A stretch of DNA of 64,000 nt from Haplodiscus bocki (lineage: Eukaryota): positions 34,844,001 to 34,908,000 of the forward strand of contig OZ296655.1 in NCBI GenBank assembly GCA_965655095.1, given 5' to 3'. Shown one piece after another: positions 26,301 to 39,955 of the stretch. Each line of letters begins with the position of its first letter. Position 1 is the first letter of the stretch. Below the pieces are notes generated by a model. The model worked only from the letters and a program-made list of their open reading frames with translations. It had not been told where the DNA came from and searched no databases. The position numbers and the translations under genes are program-made.

Positions 26301-29280
26301 GTCGATTCCTAAAGTTTTCCATATTTTTGCCAAAGCATGGTTTGAATATCAAGTTGGAGAAGTTTTTTTCGAAGTCCGAAGCCGCTTCTTTTCTCATTTG
26401 GTTGATTTTTAAAATGTTATTTCCTAGCTAATTGCTCCGCCTGAACTGCAGCACTTTATGAAGGGTTTTGACTTTTTACCCTTGTTGAGCACAGAACTTT
26501 GAACTTTGAAAGTGGCCAACAAAGTCCGATTTGTTCAATAAAGTTTCCAGTAGTTGTGCAGAAAGAGTTGTTTTTATCCCAAACGACAATGCATAGGAAA
26601 ACAGCCAATCCTGATTGATTACGAATTTCTAAGGCGCGACTGGCAGATCATTGTGAGCTGAAAGCAGAAAAGAATGATAAAATATCTCTACTTCAACTAT
26701 AAAACCAAGGTGGTCAGAAAGGTCTGCAGATAGAATGTCGTTGAGAGTGAAATAAGTCTTCCAAATGTTTTCATCCAATGGAAGCGGTTGCTCCACGGCT
26801 CCAGCATGCAAGGGCATCTCAACAAGGTACGCCCCAAAGACTAACTGTTCATTAGCTTTGAAACTCTGCATATACTTGTTGTTGGTTTTGACAATCCAAA
26901 GTCCACTCATCCCATTGATGCCACTGTGACTTGCATTTTCGCAACAGAAGAGCACATTGATCTCCGGAAACAACTCTACTTCGACTTTTGTTACGATCAA
27001 CATCGCCTTCCAGTTTAGATTGGGAGCGGAAAAAATAAACAGGATCAGGCTCGTAAACTAATAGACATACGTTTCGAAAGTACTCAAAATTATCAACCAG
27101 GAGGTAGACGTCAAGAAAAAAGTGAATGTCATGAAAACGTCTGGAAGTTGTGCAAGAGAAAGATTGTAATTTTTCCAAGCTTTTTGATAGTATTCTTCAT
27201 CGACATCTTTTTTACCCAAAATACTGTTTTTTTCAATGATTGCCAAAAGGAGGAAAAGAGGCTTGAAACTTCGCTAGATTTTCCCAATAGCAGTAAGGGA
27301 ATGCTGTCTTACCTCTCAGTTTTGACAAGTTTTTGTCTGATGAAAGGCTGAGTTTGTATCGAGAACGCTTCAAATTGCTCATCTTTAGTGCTTTATCTAA
27401 CATATCAAGTCCTCGGGACATGAACTGGGAACTGTCCAAAAATCGAATTTTACTGAAGGTAGGCCTTTTGACGCCTTATATGGTTGTATATTCCGAAGTG
27501 TGAGTTTTTACACTGTTTGAAAAGAAAATTTCCTCGGTACGCCCTATTGCTCAAAATAATTCATTTGATCGGAGTTTAAGCTCCTTGAGAACGTGATGTG
27601 CATCGTACCTAGCCAGGTTGAGAATGAAAGCTGGCAAATACATGACAGTATTTACTTTTAGATTGCATTTTGAGTGTGCGAGTCCATATATCTAGCCTGT
27701 CGCGTGGTTATGATGAATGACTGCATCATATTGAAATTTGCTTCTGCATAAATAACATCGTTCTCCACTCGAACTTACGAGCTGATCTCGTTCTTTTGTG
27801 CACAAAACTTTTCTTAGGTCACTGTGTTTTTGATTTGCTCCTTCACAAACAGTCAACCAAACTCTGAGACAATCAAGCTATCTGTATAGACTGTTTTCAC
27901 CACGGTAGAGAAACTCTTTGACAAATCTATTTGATCTGGAGTCAACAAATACTGCACCGAAGCTGGCTTGAAACTGCTTTTTGAAAACGGTGGTTGAACA
28001 ACCTAAGCTGTTGCGCTCGGGAAAAAGCGGGGCTTCTAAATCAGCGTTAACAGCTAAAATACAACTTTGAGTTCTTTGCCAGATGCAAAACTTCATTTTG
28101 GTTCCTGGAAAAGGCATATCAATCCGTAAGGCATATTACCGCCACACACTCTAGAGTAACCCTCAAGTTTTTTCCAACACGGATTGCATGCAGGTTGAAA
28201 AAAAAATTATTTTACTTCTCTTCAAGACCTTCATATTTGATCTACACAATGCATGCTTGAAAATCTGGAATTTGATGATGAGACAAAAGTTGGAACGTTC
28301 TTCCTTTGTTAGGAGCAAAAGATTGATTTTTTCCGCACTGCAAGTTTTTGCCTCCTCCATTGGCACGTAGTAGGAACTCCATTTTCGCGGTATTGGAACA
28401 CTGTACTCGAGAGAATTTTTTCTTGTTCAAATTCAGGAATGCCCTCGATTTTCATGGGCAACTTTTTCGGATCGAATATCAACTCAATCAGCTTGCTCGA
28501 ATAGTTTTTACGAGGCTCGCGGTTCTATTCTATTGGAAACAGGGCAGCGGCAACAGAATAGAAAAAACAAATATCGTGAAAAGAGTTCTTGATGTCGAAT
28601 AGATTTTTTCTGATTTTCTCCATCTTCGGATCTGTTGGAATATAAGACCAGCCAGTGAAGGCCTTGCTTCTGGAAGCTTTCGAGAACACCCTTATCAGCT
28701 TCTCCACCATCCAACCAGTATCATCTGTACAGAATAAATTTACCTGTCGAAATACTTGCCCGATAGTTTCATCCATTCATCATCCTGGAAAAGTCCCACA
28801 AGACGCAAAAGGCTCAAGTTGAAGATCGGAGAGACACTTTGTTCATCAAGATGTTGTGCAAACTGCACTTGAACACATAGCCCCACAGTTGATTAATTCT
28901 GGCACTGAGCTTTTTTTGACCGAAAATGTTTTCAGATGATCCCTATAAACCAGGAGAAAAGCAAAAAAATCAAAATGGTCTACTTCGAGATCTAAACGTA
29001 AAATCTGGAGACGCGAATTGATTGCCGCTTCTTTTTGATACAAAGTTTTGGATCAGTGAAAGTTACACTTCGCCATTCTTTGCATGACTTCCAAAGTGAG
29101 ATTTCTTCGAATGGGTTTTTAAGCAAAAACAAGAGCCCAAAGTCAGCGAGCACGCTCCGCATTGATAGCATTGATACTCATTGGAAAACTTATGAACTGT
29201 GCGCAGATATCTCACGCAATTTTCCACGCAAGCCAAAAACTTGATGACAATGTCCACGTTCAAATTTCGCATAGGATGGT
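26290..29280 (-). pseudogene. pPolB, element B, truncated after motif B
   Basis: N-terminal Cys/His finger, HDICFFYS, HHNHATG..AHSKCN, NLARYDAH, RFLDSSQFM, KTAFPY, QPLP and FEKNFSNLIFKPCFGKNMENFRNR. Confidence 0.88.
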
Positions 29281-32200
29281 CCCGTTGCGTGCACCAGTCG
29301 TCTACGCATATTAAGATATCGTTTCGTTTCTAATTTTTCTTTGTACAGATTACAGGATAGCGTTTTTTCATGAGAAACTGTCCGCTATCGTACGTAAAGA
29401 TTTTAAAGGTTGTCGATAAATTGCAAGAACGACAACCGTTGGGAAGGAAGAAAATACAAAAAGACATTACCTTGACCAGAGACTGAAAAATGCGCATCAG
29501 AACCCAAAATTACGAAAAAAGTTCTCATGAATTTTCCATCCCAACGCGGATACATTACAGAATCGGTGAAAATAATTCGATTCATCAATTGCCATAGGTA
29601 AAAGATTTTACTGTGCTTGGCTCAGTTAATTTGGGAAAAATTCAATGGAATAGATCCTTTGGGATTTACGATCCTGATAATCAGATTCGACTTAATCTAA
29701 ACTTTCTGATTCCTTGTAAAGACCTTTTCGTCAAAATGTTGACGGCACCTACCATAAAAGTCGCTCATTTATTGGCATAGAACCCATAATCATATCCTGA
29801 GCAGACACGTTCCGTCAAAATGTAGGTGATTAAGAGACAGCATATCGAAGATGATTTATAAAAGAGTTCTGTTCATTCATCTTAATTGCTCGGTCAAATC
29901 TAGTTCCTTTCTCTACTTCGTTTTCGTTGACATCACTGAATGTCAAACACAGAAAAATTCTCATCAAATGTCCTCCGCAAAACAAGAGAGCTGATGGTCA
30001 AAACAGTGTAAGATAAAATCAAATTGATCCTTCAAAAGAGCAGACTCGACAAGTTTGGAGAGATGTGGGATTCTGGTTCCATTGAGATAACTTTGCGCAT
30101 GGACATCCTCCAACAAGTTATCCATTTGAATTGGACAAAAATCTTCTTTCGTCTTTTGGGGTATGGACATGCGTCCAACAACGTGACTGTTCCACAACAA
30201 ATAATACGAGACAACGGTCTTCTGAAAGATGCGAATCATTACAGTGGTTTTTAAAATTGAGCATGAGTTGTATTTGATGTTTCGGATCAAATTTTCAATT
30301 TCAAAGTGTTCTTTATTAAGTAAAAATTGAAAATTATAACCTGTCAAACAACTTGAATATTGTATTTTTGTAGATGAAAAAGTTGCGATACTAGCAACTG
30401 TCTAGATATTCAATTCCCATGAACACAGCAGAAAAACTGTGTATGTAACTCTGAGAACTTATAGGAAGAATAATGGAAATGGAATATTCAATCGAGATGA
30501 TGATGGCGTCATTATCCTCCACTGCGGAAAGATGAAGCTGTTGTTAGAGTATTCCAAGTTTCTCGACCGCATAGCAAATAGTCCGGCGAGCTCATCCAAA
30601 GACACGACATCGGAGCGAGCACACAGGATAGAAGAAGTTGATGATAATGATGATGATTCCCCGCACACAAACTATCAAGACACTAAACGCGTGCGTAAAA
30701 AACGCGCTAGATACATTAGCAAATAAGCTGGAAATCGTTCAGTGGTTTCTGACAATGTCAAAAAAACTGAAGAAGAAATTCAACAATCAGAACCAGATGT
30801 TGTATCTCTGATAGGCGAGAACGATTAACCAAGAAGAAGTTCAGTTCAGTTGTCTTTCTTCATCACGTTTCATGATGTTTATGGTTTGAAAAAATTTTGA
30901 ATTATTTTTTCCAAAGTCAATTTTTAGTTCAGTATATCAAAGAAAGAGCTCCTTGCACGTTTACAACAGCTGGTTGCTTAAATTTTTTTTGTAAAATTGA
31001 TTAATTATAAATTGGATTGCGGGAAACTAACGGAATAAAAGTAGTATAATATGACCTCGGTTAGTTCCGATCCCATGAAATTCAAAAGATTAAATTTTCA
31101 CTTTAGTTTCGGTAATGAAAATGGAAAAATGAAACTCGATATATGTGAAAATGAAAGAAGTAGAAAATGTGAAGAATCCAAAACCCCTTTCAAGTTTGTT
31201 CCAGAAATGCGCCAATGCCAGCGCACTTGAACAGATGTTCCAGAATTCACCTTTAACATGAAATCTCAATGGAATAATCCACGAAGCTACAGTTACCATT
31301 GGTATGAGAGTAAACTAACTGATTATATATACAGCACATCTGTGTAACTGCACTGTTTAATAGTTAAACTGTAATGAATATAGCGTAATATTGTAGTTGA
31401 ACTGCAATCGCAAAGCCTATCTTTCTGGCTCGCGTAATGTAGCAGATTATAGTAATTTAATGTTCACATTACAAATTACGTAAAGTTTAAATGGAAGTGG
31501 AGTGAGATATTGAATTTTGATCGTTAAGTTGTTTCACTGATTTGTAATGTGAAAATTAAATTGCTACAATACTGTAGGGAGGATGAAACTGTGCGGTAAT
31601 GCCCTCTAACTCTTACTACTCACACTAATATCGGAACAAGTATAATTAAGCAAAATCTCACTCAATAGTTTCGAGCATAAAGCTGACCTCCTTTTGGTAA
31701 CTTTATCTTCAATAATAAGACTAAGACTCTTTTACTTGTCATCGCAGCACCAAGCGTCAACTGGTAGATCTAAATACGTCTCCTATAGTCTGAGATACAC
31801 CATCCTATCATTCACTTGACAATATCATAGACGTCACATTGAGTCTCTCGTCAATATTCCTAAGACAATACGTGAATTTTTGGACGTCTCACATGTCTGT
31901 GGTACCACTTTTTTGATGGGATAAATTTTCATGGGGAACGGATGCAGACTTACCTGCACCGTGGATGCAAAGAAAACATCTGGCACATTTTGCCCTTCAT
32001 CCTGTTTTTTTTTTCAAATACGACTCCGTTATAAATCGTTACAAAACATACTTCTCAAAGTCTTGAAATATTTGTAGTTTTTGCATTCAAATTAGCTTAC
32101 GTGTAAGCAATTATGAAAAAATGGTGTGTTTCACATTATCTTATGGTTTCTTAAACAGAAAATACTTTCTCCAAAAAAGGATAGCTCCAAACTTTCTGGA

Positions 32201-33149
32201 AGACCAGTTCTGGAAGAAAACGCTTCTAATCATGTGGTTTACCATAAAACCCAAAAACTGGCCCCGTTACGGACGAGGACACTAATATTCAAAATCTTCC
32301 AAACATTTCATTTTAAAAAACTCTTTCCGGCCAGAAAAACGCCGCAAACACAAAAACTTTCCTTTCCAGAACAATTGAATTGGCCATTTCTCGGTAATCC
32401 ATGTTTTTCCGGATAAGTTCCTAAATTTTTGGGTATTGAATTTTTTGGGCAAAAACCAAATTAGCGTTGTCTCTCGTCTCCGCTAATTCCGGAAGGCAGA
32501 AAAAACTCCAGTGCAAAGTAAACGTTTTGTCCGTTCTCATTACAATCTACTGACATTGACTTTCCTCAAGAAAGAGACGTTTTCGTATTTTTGAAATGTT
32601 TAATGAGAATGAGCATTACGTTTTCGACCACAAAGTTTTGTGAAACAAAATGGTTACTAGTCCATCTGTTTAATCAAATATTCCTGTCTTCTCTTGGCCA
32701 TTTCAGGCATTTGCATTTATAACTTGAATCCAAATACCAAATGTTTTTGGACAAACTTCCCTTTGTTGACAAAAACGAAAAAAACTATAGTTTGCTTCTG
32801 ATCAAATTGTGACAGATTGAACAACTTTTAAGAAGCACTACTTTATTAACTCTCACTGCTTATTGGAAGAGATGTAGTGGACTAAACAGTTGCTCTATGT
32901 CGCTCAAAAGGGAGGATTCACGTATGTTACCTGGGGGCACAGATAATTTCCGCGAGTTAGTTGGAGAAAATGCAGGCAATTGTTACATAACGAGAAAGTT
33001 ACATTCATCTGCGTTTAATTTACCTGAGAAACAATTTACCTGCGGAACCCTCGCAAAAACTCCACGCTGGGAAATTTTCGAGTGGATGTTTCCAGCGTAA
33101 AGTAGATCAAAATCTAACTAACCACTGTCATCACATTCTTGACCTGTGT

Positions 33150-34420
33150 TTTGTCCGGAGTAGGTATTAGAAAATGCGTCAGTAGACATTGATGTCATGC
33201 CAAGTGGGATATTTTGAGAACTTTTGTCTCACCTTTTTCGTACAGTTCTGACTATTTGAATAGAAAACCATTGTTTTTCTTCTTTGCGTCTCAATCCTAA
33301 TAGTCCCCAAATGCCAAAAAAGCTATTAAGACTGACAAGTGTCGACATTCAAACTCAAATTTCTGATTACAGGCTCAATTTCAATCATCTAAGTCTCAAT
33401 GGTCAGTTTTTAATTTAAAAGTCGATTCAATTCAAAAAACTTGATTTTATTTCTTGCTTCGGAATCCTGGTTGCTCAAAAATGCGTAAAAGTGAGGTAAA
33501 GGTTATTTTTCATTGCTAATAAAGCACTTGTTTCTCCAAAGCAACCATCTTGATTTCTTGAGTCGAGGTCGCAATCGACAGGTTTCTAATTAGCGAGCAC
33601 TATTTGATAGGTAGGTAAATGTTTTTAACTCCTTGCTTCTGGAATATTTATAAAAAAAACCAAAAATGCAAAAAAAAGCCATTAATTGTGACAAGTCTCG
33701 ATTTTCCAAAATATTTTGCTCAAAAACTCCGGGCTTGATTTATTTCATCTAGGTCTCAAGGTACGGTTTCCTGGTTTTAAAAGGTGAATTAGTTGAAAAT
33801 CCTTTGTTTTTATTGTTTGCATCGGCATCCTTGTAATTTCAAAAAGCGCTATTTAAATTGAAACTTATCGAAATTCAATCTCATTTTACCGTTCAACTAC
33901 AGGCACGGTTTCTACCACCAGGCTTTCAATCAAAAGCTTCTTACCTGTGAAGTAGTACTCGCTTGATAAAGTATCGATTCTGTTCCTTTCGCTGAAAACT
34001 TGAAAGACCAGAAATGTCAGAAGGCTCTATTTGTCTTGACATGTCTCGAAGTTAAAGCTCAACTTTCTTCAACTATTCCTGATTCTTTCTTCCCGTCAAG
34101 GTGTCAATTCTGTTTCTTTTTACGCGAAACGGACTTTTCAAAGTGGAAAGTTCTGATGTGTGCTTCCTATAATCAAATCTCATGCGTGGGATGTCAAAAA
34201 AATTTTACAAAAAGTGACTCATTTTGATATTCATTTCTCTTTTTTGGAAACTACAGCTGCGATTTAAGGTCTCAATTGAAAATTGACTGTTTTACACTTG
34301 TAGCCGACCCTTTGTTTGAATATTTTCTTGTTTTGCTCCCTAGATTGGAATCTTGGTAGGCTGAAGATGAGAAAACTTGCAATTAATATTGTAATTTTTC
34401 CGATTTATGTTCTTTGAAGC
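33150..34420. repeat. Degenerate tandem repeat, ~175 bp period
   Basis: The motif aaatg.caaaaa.gctatt..tgacaagt.tcga..ttcaa..ctacagg..gtctcaa recurs near 33310, 33480, 33663, 33841, 34010 and 34190. Confidence 0.55.
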
Positions 34421-34815
34421 TACCTGTTTGAACTTTTCCATCAAAATTTCAATCAATAACTTCGTTTTTTTTCAAAAACGGAATCCTCGTAAGAATGGTT
34501 TGTTGTTCAATGAGTCATTTCTGCATCCCTTTGGCCTTTGGTGGAAGGAGTTGCTGTTTTGTTTTCATTTGACACCCAATCGTTCACACAACTAGGATAC
34601 AACATATTTTGTTTCACGAATGTAGACTATTGCCGACGGCAATGTTGGAGCATATCTGCAAAGCCTGTGGACTAGTAGTCCCGAGTAAACGAGCATTCCC
34701 ATCAAAGCAATAGAGCCAATCCCAAGGGAAAGACATAAAAAGGAGAAATGAATGAACTAAAATTTCAATAATCTTGAACTGATGCTATTAAACGGTCACC
34801 AAAAATTATCAATCC

Positions 34816-35315
34816 TGTACTGACGAAAACAACCAGTTGCATCATTCTCCCAAGTAAAATTGCTAAGAAAATAAAAGTCAATTCAGTTCAATTGCTTCTC
34901 GTCAAATGGCTACCTTGAAAAACACGAGGAAACTAGCGGCTGTCAACAAAAAAAGGCAAGAAGAACATCCTGGCGACAATTTGTCGCGAGGCACAAATAT
35001 TCCTAGAGTCAATGAGGTCTATATCACGTAGGTCTCAAATGAAAATGAAGGAAGAGTATCAAGAGGCTGTCACAGGAGTTTGGCAGAACAAAGAACCGAA
35101 TACTAGGAGCAATGCTAAACCTGAATGAACTTTTTTGAACTCACAAGTCTGGGTACAATCCGGAACCGCTCCAGGAAATTCTCAGATTTCTGACAGGGGA
35201 AAAAAAGCAAGAACTTAACAATGACCTCTCATCCTGAATTCTCATCCTGAAGTGGGTTTTTCTGTCAAAAATTCCCCTGGCTCAGTGAATTCAGACGCAG
35301 ACACGGAACTCGACA
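34816..35315 (+). mobile_element. Decayed LTR-like repeat with an MATLKN.RKLAAV ORF
   Basis: ATG at 34906 gives MATLKNTRKLAAVNKKRQEE..YIT*VSNENEGRV, homologous to ORF 53696. AATAAA lies upstream. Confidence 0.6.
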
Positions 35316-35892
35316 GATACTACTCAAACTGAAAGCTTCAGACTCCTTCCTGAGACAGTTCCTGAACATTAATTTTATAGGCTAGCTTTCAGATTGCTCC
35401 TTTTCAGATGATGAGATGTGTTTTGCTTCATGAATGCATTTCTTTATTGACGTTGGTGTGTACGCCCTGAGAAAAGCTCGGCATTTATGCAAGGGGATCA
35501 AAAGTCTAAAAAAACAGTAGAGACAGTGAGAAGAAATTCAAAAAGGCTGCCAATTTTATAAATACAAATTGAGGTAACGTGCGGAGCAAATTGAAGAAAC
35601 AAACCCCTGAACACTCAGTACAACTCATTTCTACCAATCATTGAAGCAATTACCGGCTGGTTGAAATCATGTTTGAAGACAGAAGAAACTGAGTATCAGG
35701 GAGGGGCACATTTTAAGTGACATAAAAAATCTAAAATATTTACTAATTTACTATGATATTTATTGAAAACTACCGTTTTAGACGAGAATAAAACCTTAAA
35801 ATAGGTGCTATTTTGTGTCAAATCCTGCCTTAAATACTTTGCCGAAAGCAGAACGTTTTCTCATTAAAGAATAATGCAGCTTTCAAAACGGT

Positions 35893-36705
35893 ATTATCAT
35901 CATCATCCTAGCTTTTCGCCAGCTGATTTAAATCAATGTACTCGCATCAGACAGCCGCACATATTGTTCTGCATATCTGTCGCCATCCTTCACGATCTCT
36001 TGCTTGCTTTGTCTTGAGAAATGAATCGTCCATGGTGCTGCGGAGTTTAGTATTTCTTGACTCACGAGGACTGCGCCGACTCCATCTGATTATATCTTCA
36101 TTTATGGTTGTTATAGTAGTTGTTCTGGGTCGTCCTTTGATTGTATTTCCTTGACTTGAGCTGAAATAATGTATCATTGCTTTGTGTGCAGGCACGTTTC
36201 CATCCATTCGACGAACGTGTCCGAGTAATTCCCATGGTCGTGTTCGTATTTCTGATCCAATGGTATTGCTATTGCACTTTTCATAGGCACATTTGTTTGA
36301 AATTCGCCATGGGCACTTGATGTTAAGATTACCTCGTAGCTCTTGTCTATGGAATCCATTCAATTTTTCTTCTTCTGTCTGGCTCAATCCCCAAGTTTCT
36401 GCTATATACAATAAGAATGACTTGACGAATGAATTGTAAACAAGAATTCTTCTTCCCCGTGTAATATTAGCACTTCTTTTCCAAATTTTTTGTAGTCTGG
36501 AAAAAGCTGAGGTAGCCAGGATTTTTCTATTGATGATATCTTCTTCATCGCTTAAAAGCGACCCAAGTTTCTGATTTTTTCGCCATTTTTCGTTTATTTT
36601 TACTGCATCTCTCTTAAGGATGGTGATTTCGGTTTTCTCTGGATTTGGGAGGAGATTGTATTTTTTTTCAATATGGATGTTGAGTTTTTTGTATTATTGC
36701 TCTAA
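35893..36705 (-). mobile_element. 5'-truncated RTE-like non-LTR retrotransposon
   Basis: KYNLLPNPEKTEI..KLGSLL..AFSRLQKIW..VYNSFVKSFLLYIAETWGL..LLGHVRRM..GRPRTT, followed by a short 3' UTR and a (GAT)n tail at 35893-35906. Confidence 0.88.
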
Positions 36706-37719
36706 AAATCTCGACATGGGAAAATCTGACATGGGAAAAATTTGAAATTTCGTAGTTTATATTTATATTATTTTACTGTCTTCAATTTTGAGAATAATTG
36801 TTTGATAAATTTTTCGCAATTGATTTCTTCGGCCGATATTTTCCAAAAATACGTCAGAACTTCGGACAAAAGGTGTTTTGATTTTAAAATAACAGAAGGG
36901 TTACTATTAGGTGTTTTAAGTGGTCCTGGGTACTCTTGCTTCCTGAATCACAAATTGAGATTATTTGCAAAACAAACTTAAAATAGGAACCGCAGCGATA
37001 CTGCGATATTTTTTTATGTAGTGGCTCAAGAGAGAAAATGACCGAAACTTCACTAGAAAAAACAGATATTTCCACAAAAACAAAATTCAAAATCAAATTT
37101 ACTAATAATTAATTTCAGCTGTTTAAAAAAGTAAAAACGTCTAAAAACCAAAACAACCAAAGTTTCAGTCAAACTTTCATTCGAATGTTTTTGCAGCTTT
37201 AAAAAAATGGAAGGTAGTTTTCGAAGAAATCTGCAAGAATGTGTAAAATTTTTCGCCGGTTTTTTTGCACAAAAAGCTTGACAAAAAGTGGGTGTTGTCT
37301 GAGAAAGTGAGAGAAACATCAAGCCAAGAACGCCCAAGTCAGCTCAAAATATTCACAGGGTGCCTTTTTTTATTTTGAAAACTTCAGAATTCTTCGAAAA
37401 AAGTTAAGAGACCTCGATTTGATTTTGTGAAAAAAATTCCAAAAGTTGAGTTAAGATTCTTAAAGGTACTTCGCTCTTTCATATGCTCTCTGCGAAACAG
37501 TTGCAAAAAATGTTTGACACTGACAGTTTGAAAAAAAGATTTACAAAACAAAACTTATCACAAATAAGATTAAGACCATTTTCTGAAACCTTTTTGAGGA
37601 AGTACTACTGTAAGCGTTATATCAAGAAAACTGTTGGAATTTGCAATCCAGGCGAATAATGGATTCAAAGGGGGAATTAGGAAATGCATTGTTGTTTGCT
37701 TTTTCAACTCAATATTCCT

Positions 37720-38011
37720 TATGCTGCCACATTGCGTTTGACTAGGCAGTTTTTGCTTACCTTTTGCCAGTCGGTGCTTTACTGAAAAGTGAAGAGTTCA
37801 ACTATCACGGTAACTTTTTTAAGACATCACTCACAAATCGAAACGATCAATTTTGCTTTCTTCGGCTCCTTCCACAGAGAGTCGCCTGCGGAAAGTACCA
37901 AATTCTCGTGATAACTTCCTTGCAATTAGTGGACGTTTTTTGGAAGGCGAAAGCGGAAAGTTCTTGTCACAACATTTTATCTCTTCTCCCCAAAAATGCT
38001 GACAAAATATT
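37720..38011 (+). repeat. ~290 bp interspersed repeat, copy 1; target site of element C
   Basis: Near-identical to 54820-55110. The similarity stops at aaaatatt(a), where AGTAGT begins. Confidence 0.85.
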
Positions 38012-38092
38012 AGTAGTGTGCAAAAAACAATTGACGCCAAAAGACGCGGACGCACCAAAAAACTAAGTGAAAAACCATGAAAAATTAAACTA

Positions 38093-38236
38093 TATCGAAG
38101 GGGGTACACAGGTATGAAAATTTGATTTTGTAAAAATATTCTTTCATTTATCTATCAATGGGGGTACACAGGAATGAAAATTTAATTTTTAAAAAATTTT
38201 TTTTGAATAGTCTTATCAATGGGAGTACACAGGAAA
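38093..38236 (+). repeat. Left TIR region: three 60-61 bp units (tatcaatgggggtacacagg)
   Basis: Units start at 38093, 38153 and 38214. Reverse complement found at 53333-53412. Confidence 0.85.
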
Positions 38237-38804
38237 AAAATTAAAACATTCATCCACACGCAAAACCATTTCAACGAGCAGGCGGTTATCGAATTGGTTT
38301 TTTACAATTTCATTCATATGGAAAAAGCAGGTGGATATTAAAATATTCATCCACGTAATATTCAAATGATTAGAAAAATATTATGTTGCTAGGCAAAAAA
38401 TCAACGCAGAAACAACTCATGAATTTTTTTACAAGAAAACCACCAAAAAATTTTTTTCATATTTTTCACTTTCACATCAGACGTACACAACAGTTTTCAC
38501 ATTGGACTATCACAGCACACAACCCACAATCAACCATATTCGAAGATACGAGAAGAATATCACACACGATGATTATCAACTATCCACGAAACCCATACAA
38601 CGAAAACGACTCAAGATCATGAAGATGGTGGTATCATGGAAACGATTTAACAACAGGATAGAATGAGATTGTGAGGAACAGAGTTTATTCGAAGACATCG
38701 TGTGTTATGTTTTATATTTGATCGTGATTGTGATATCACATATGTCAGTTTTAGAATTTAATCTGAGTTAATATGTTTTTTTTTTGGGGGGGGGGGTTTA
38801 TATA

Positions 38805-39190
38805 TAATAGCTTATTATTACAAGTTTTAGGATCCATTTAAGCAAGATTCTTACATGTTTTATGATTCGTTTAAGCAAAGCTTTCACATTATAGCTTATT
38901 CTTACATGTTTTATGATCCGTTTATGCAAAATTTTTACATTATAGTATATGCTTACATGGTTTAGGATTGGTTTTAGGATTCGTTTAAGCAAGATTTGAA
39001 CATTATATCATATCTTTACATGTTTTAGGAACAATTTTACTGAATGTCAACCATTATAGCCTATGTTTACTTTTTTAAGGAACCGTTTAACTGATCCTTA
39101 TACATTAAATCATATCTTCACTATCTTCACATGTTTTAGGAACCGTTTAACTGATCCTTATACATTATAGCCTATCTTCAAATGTTTGAG
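38805..39190. repeat. ~51 bp tandem repeat
   Basis: Units like gattcgtttaagcaaagctttcacattatagcttattcttacatgttttat, about 7-8 imperfect copies. Confidence 0.85.
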
Positions 39191-39419
39191 GATAGGACAT
39201 ACCATCTTACCATGGTGAAAGTTAACATTCGGCGGTTCAATACCAATCGATAGATCTTACCATAATTAGTATACCCTGAAAGTTAGAGCTTCGTACCTAT
39301 CAAAGTTTTCGAGAAAAACAATTTTGAAAGAGAGCAAAGGGTTAAAGCCAATTAGAAGCCACTTAAGCGTAAACTTTTTTTCGTTTTCCCACAGTATATA
39401 CAGATCAAGAAAGCAACGA

Positions 39420-39955
39420 ATTTTTGAGATACAGAAAAGTATATTATATCGTTGAAGAGGTCTTGAAAATGCTATTCAATGGCATTTTTTTCGAAAACAA
39501 TAACTGAAACCTCACCACTGAAAAAACCGAGAAACCTTAAAACTAACCTCAAACATGGTATACGTCAATGAAAAATTTTTATTAATGACGACATATTATA
39601 TATCGTAGAAAAAGTCTTGAAAAATGCTTTTCAACGAAAACAATTCCAAAAACAAAAACTGAAACCATACCATTGAAAAAACCCAAAAACCCAAAAACCC
39701 TGAAACTATACCCTCAAACTTGGTATGTCAATGAAAATTTTTAAGTAATAGTGAAAGGTTATATGCATTACAAAGGTCTTGAAAAAGGTTATTCAAGGGT
39801 AATGTTTTGAAAAACGTTAAATGAAACTCTTACCATCTAGAACTTGAAACATGGTATGTCAATGAAAACTTTTTTGATGATTATGGCGTACTACATATCG
39901 TTGAAAAGTTCTTGAAAAAGGCTATTCAATGATAAAGGTTTTGAAAATAGCGACT
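39420..39955. repeat. ~135-160 bp tandem repeat, 4 copies
   Basis: atatcgttgaaaaggtcttgaaaa..gctattcaa at ~39446, 39600, 39761 and 39895, with aaacatggtatgtcaatgaaaa between units. Confidence 0.8.

Larger units (their letters stand above)
20500..31620. mobile_element. Polinton/Maverick-like element B, heavily decayed and more GC-rich
   Basis: ATPase, integrase, minor capsid, core-like protein, major capsid and protease on +; pPolB on -. Boundaries uncertain; possible terminal ACTACT at 31615-31620. Confidence 0.85.

Noticed and set aside
32850-34740. Possible host exons (splice-like sites near 32930-33140; hydrophobic frame near 34600-34735 on the minus strand)
   Set aside because: The frames tested near 33140 contain stops and no coherent gene model could be built. 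RNA-seq is needed.
37764-38066. ORF pair 37764/54863 as a duplicated gene or as LTRs of a 17 kb element
   Set aside because: Non-ATG starts, no domain, no TG..CA ends or primer-binding site. Better explained as an interspersed repeat.
38093-39190. CRISPR-like array
   Set aside because: The units are degenerate tandem repeats without unique spacers, there are no cas genes, and the context is eukaryotic.
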